Assembly: GCF_963506605.1 (NCBI RefSeq)
Contig: NC_083280.1
Coordinates: 51,708,001 to 51,772,000, forward strand
Direction of reading: 5' to 3'
Origin: Zootoca vivipara
Taxonomy: Eukaryota
DNA length: 64,000 nt
This document shows positions 62,837-64,000 of the stretch, in pieces. The position numbers and the translations under genes are program-made. The notes beneath the pieces were generated by a model that saw only the letters and a list, made by a program, of their open reading frames with translations, did not search any database and was not told the DNA's origin. Position 1 is the stretch's first letter, and every line of letters begins with the position of its first letter.

Positions 62837-64000
62837 AGGTGACACCATCCAGGCAGGGGCTGGCCCCAGTGATCACACCCATCCTTCTGGCTACCACTCC
62901 AAAATGCCACCCCCTTCCCTAACATTGCTAGTTGTTGTACAAGGGCACTCCTGGGGAGGCCTCACCCCCTCTGTGCTCACACACATGCTCACACCACGCA
63001 CATGCACGACCCTACTGAACTCAAACCTACTTCACCCTTCCTTTGCTCTTGTGTAGAAGTTATTGTTGAAGCGGAGGCAAAGGAAGAACAGAGTACAAAA
63101 GAGCCCATGGTGGAAGCTCAGTGATGTCAGAAGTGTCATCTTCTATTCTACCTTTCAACAGCATTCAGACACAGCCTGCTCCCACCCTTACATTGTGTGC
63201 TGGCCAAAGCTCTATATCAGATGCTTGGGGGAGGTCAGGAAAACAGAAATGGAGAAGGACGTGAGAGGCCTAGTCTGGTATTACAGCTACCAAGGAGGTA
63301 AAAGAGGTGGAAGCAGCTGTCAAGAAAGGCTTGGGCCCCATGCCACTTTGAATAGTCATGGATTCCCCTAAAGAATCCTGGGAACTGTTAAGGGTGCTGA
63401 GCGTTGTCAGAACACCCTTATCCCTCTCACAGAATTACAAATCCCAGAGTGCCCTGGAAAGAGGGACTGACTGTTAAACCACTCTGGGAACTGTAGCTCT
63501 GTGAGGGAGATAGAGAGAGGTTTTTATATATTTCCTGCTAATCAACCTTGACTCTTTCCCTCTGTGCAGGGTCAGCAAATAACTTTCTAACCATGGCATG
63601 CCCTTTCCCATAACTACCATCTTTCCCCATAACCACCATCTCCCCCCCCCCATAAATTTTCTGTGCTACTTCTCTGGCTAACAGATTCCTGCTCTGTAAT
63701 CTTTCATTCTTGGTTGCTATTTTCTCCTCACCCCAAAACACTACTGCTGTCTTTTTTTGCATTTGATGGACTTCCATATTGTAATTAATCTTTTCCGCTG
63801 ATTTTTGCAGACTTCTGTTCTATCTGGTGAGTTCTGCTTTTCTAAAAACACATTCCAAACATAGTTCAAAACTGACAAGCTAGACACACAAACCCATTCT
63901 TTTGATCAATTCCAATGCTTAAACCTTTCCTAAAGTGCAGATATCTGGGTCAGGGAGCCTTGGATAGGGTATGTGTGTCAAATCAGCCAAAGCTGATTCC

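Noticed and set aside
57764-64000. Search for further upstream GFRA1 exons (NAIQAFGNG… exon)
   Set aside because: Not found by eye; region treated as intron with the next exon beyond the window.

Overview
Vertebrate genomic DNA, almost certainly from a squamate reptile (probably a lacertid-type lizard). The basis is Sauria SINEs, a young BovB LINE, CR1/L2 fragments and squamate-style MITEs. The only confidently recognisable host gene is the 3' end of GFRA1 (GDNF family receptor alpha-1) on the minus strand: a 54-nt penultimate coding exon (57710-57763) and the last coding exon with the GPI signal (55249-55419), followed by 3' UTR. The rest is mostly intergenic or intronic DNA with many transposon insertions. 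The most striking structure is a 3.5-kb non-autonomous hAT-type element (31660-35185) with TIRs and a perfect 8-bp TSD. It carries a spliced (intronless) HMGB2 fragment that is itself split in-frame by a solo LTR, plus a nested MITE and CR1 pieces, so it is a candidate Pack-type, gene-fragment-capturing DNA transposon. Other notable items are a BovB insertion with a double inverted template-switch 5' junction, a fold-back Sauria SINE palindrome, a Penelope-type minimal hammerhead ribozyme, a CpG/YY1/ETS-motif-rich MITE family near GFRA1, and a low-confidence 4-exon orphan membrane-protein gene model (minus strand, 5671-10484). All identifications are by eye; no database searches were run.
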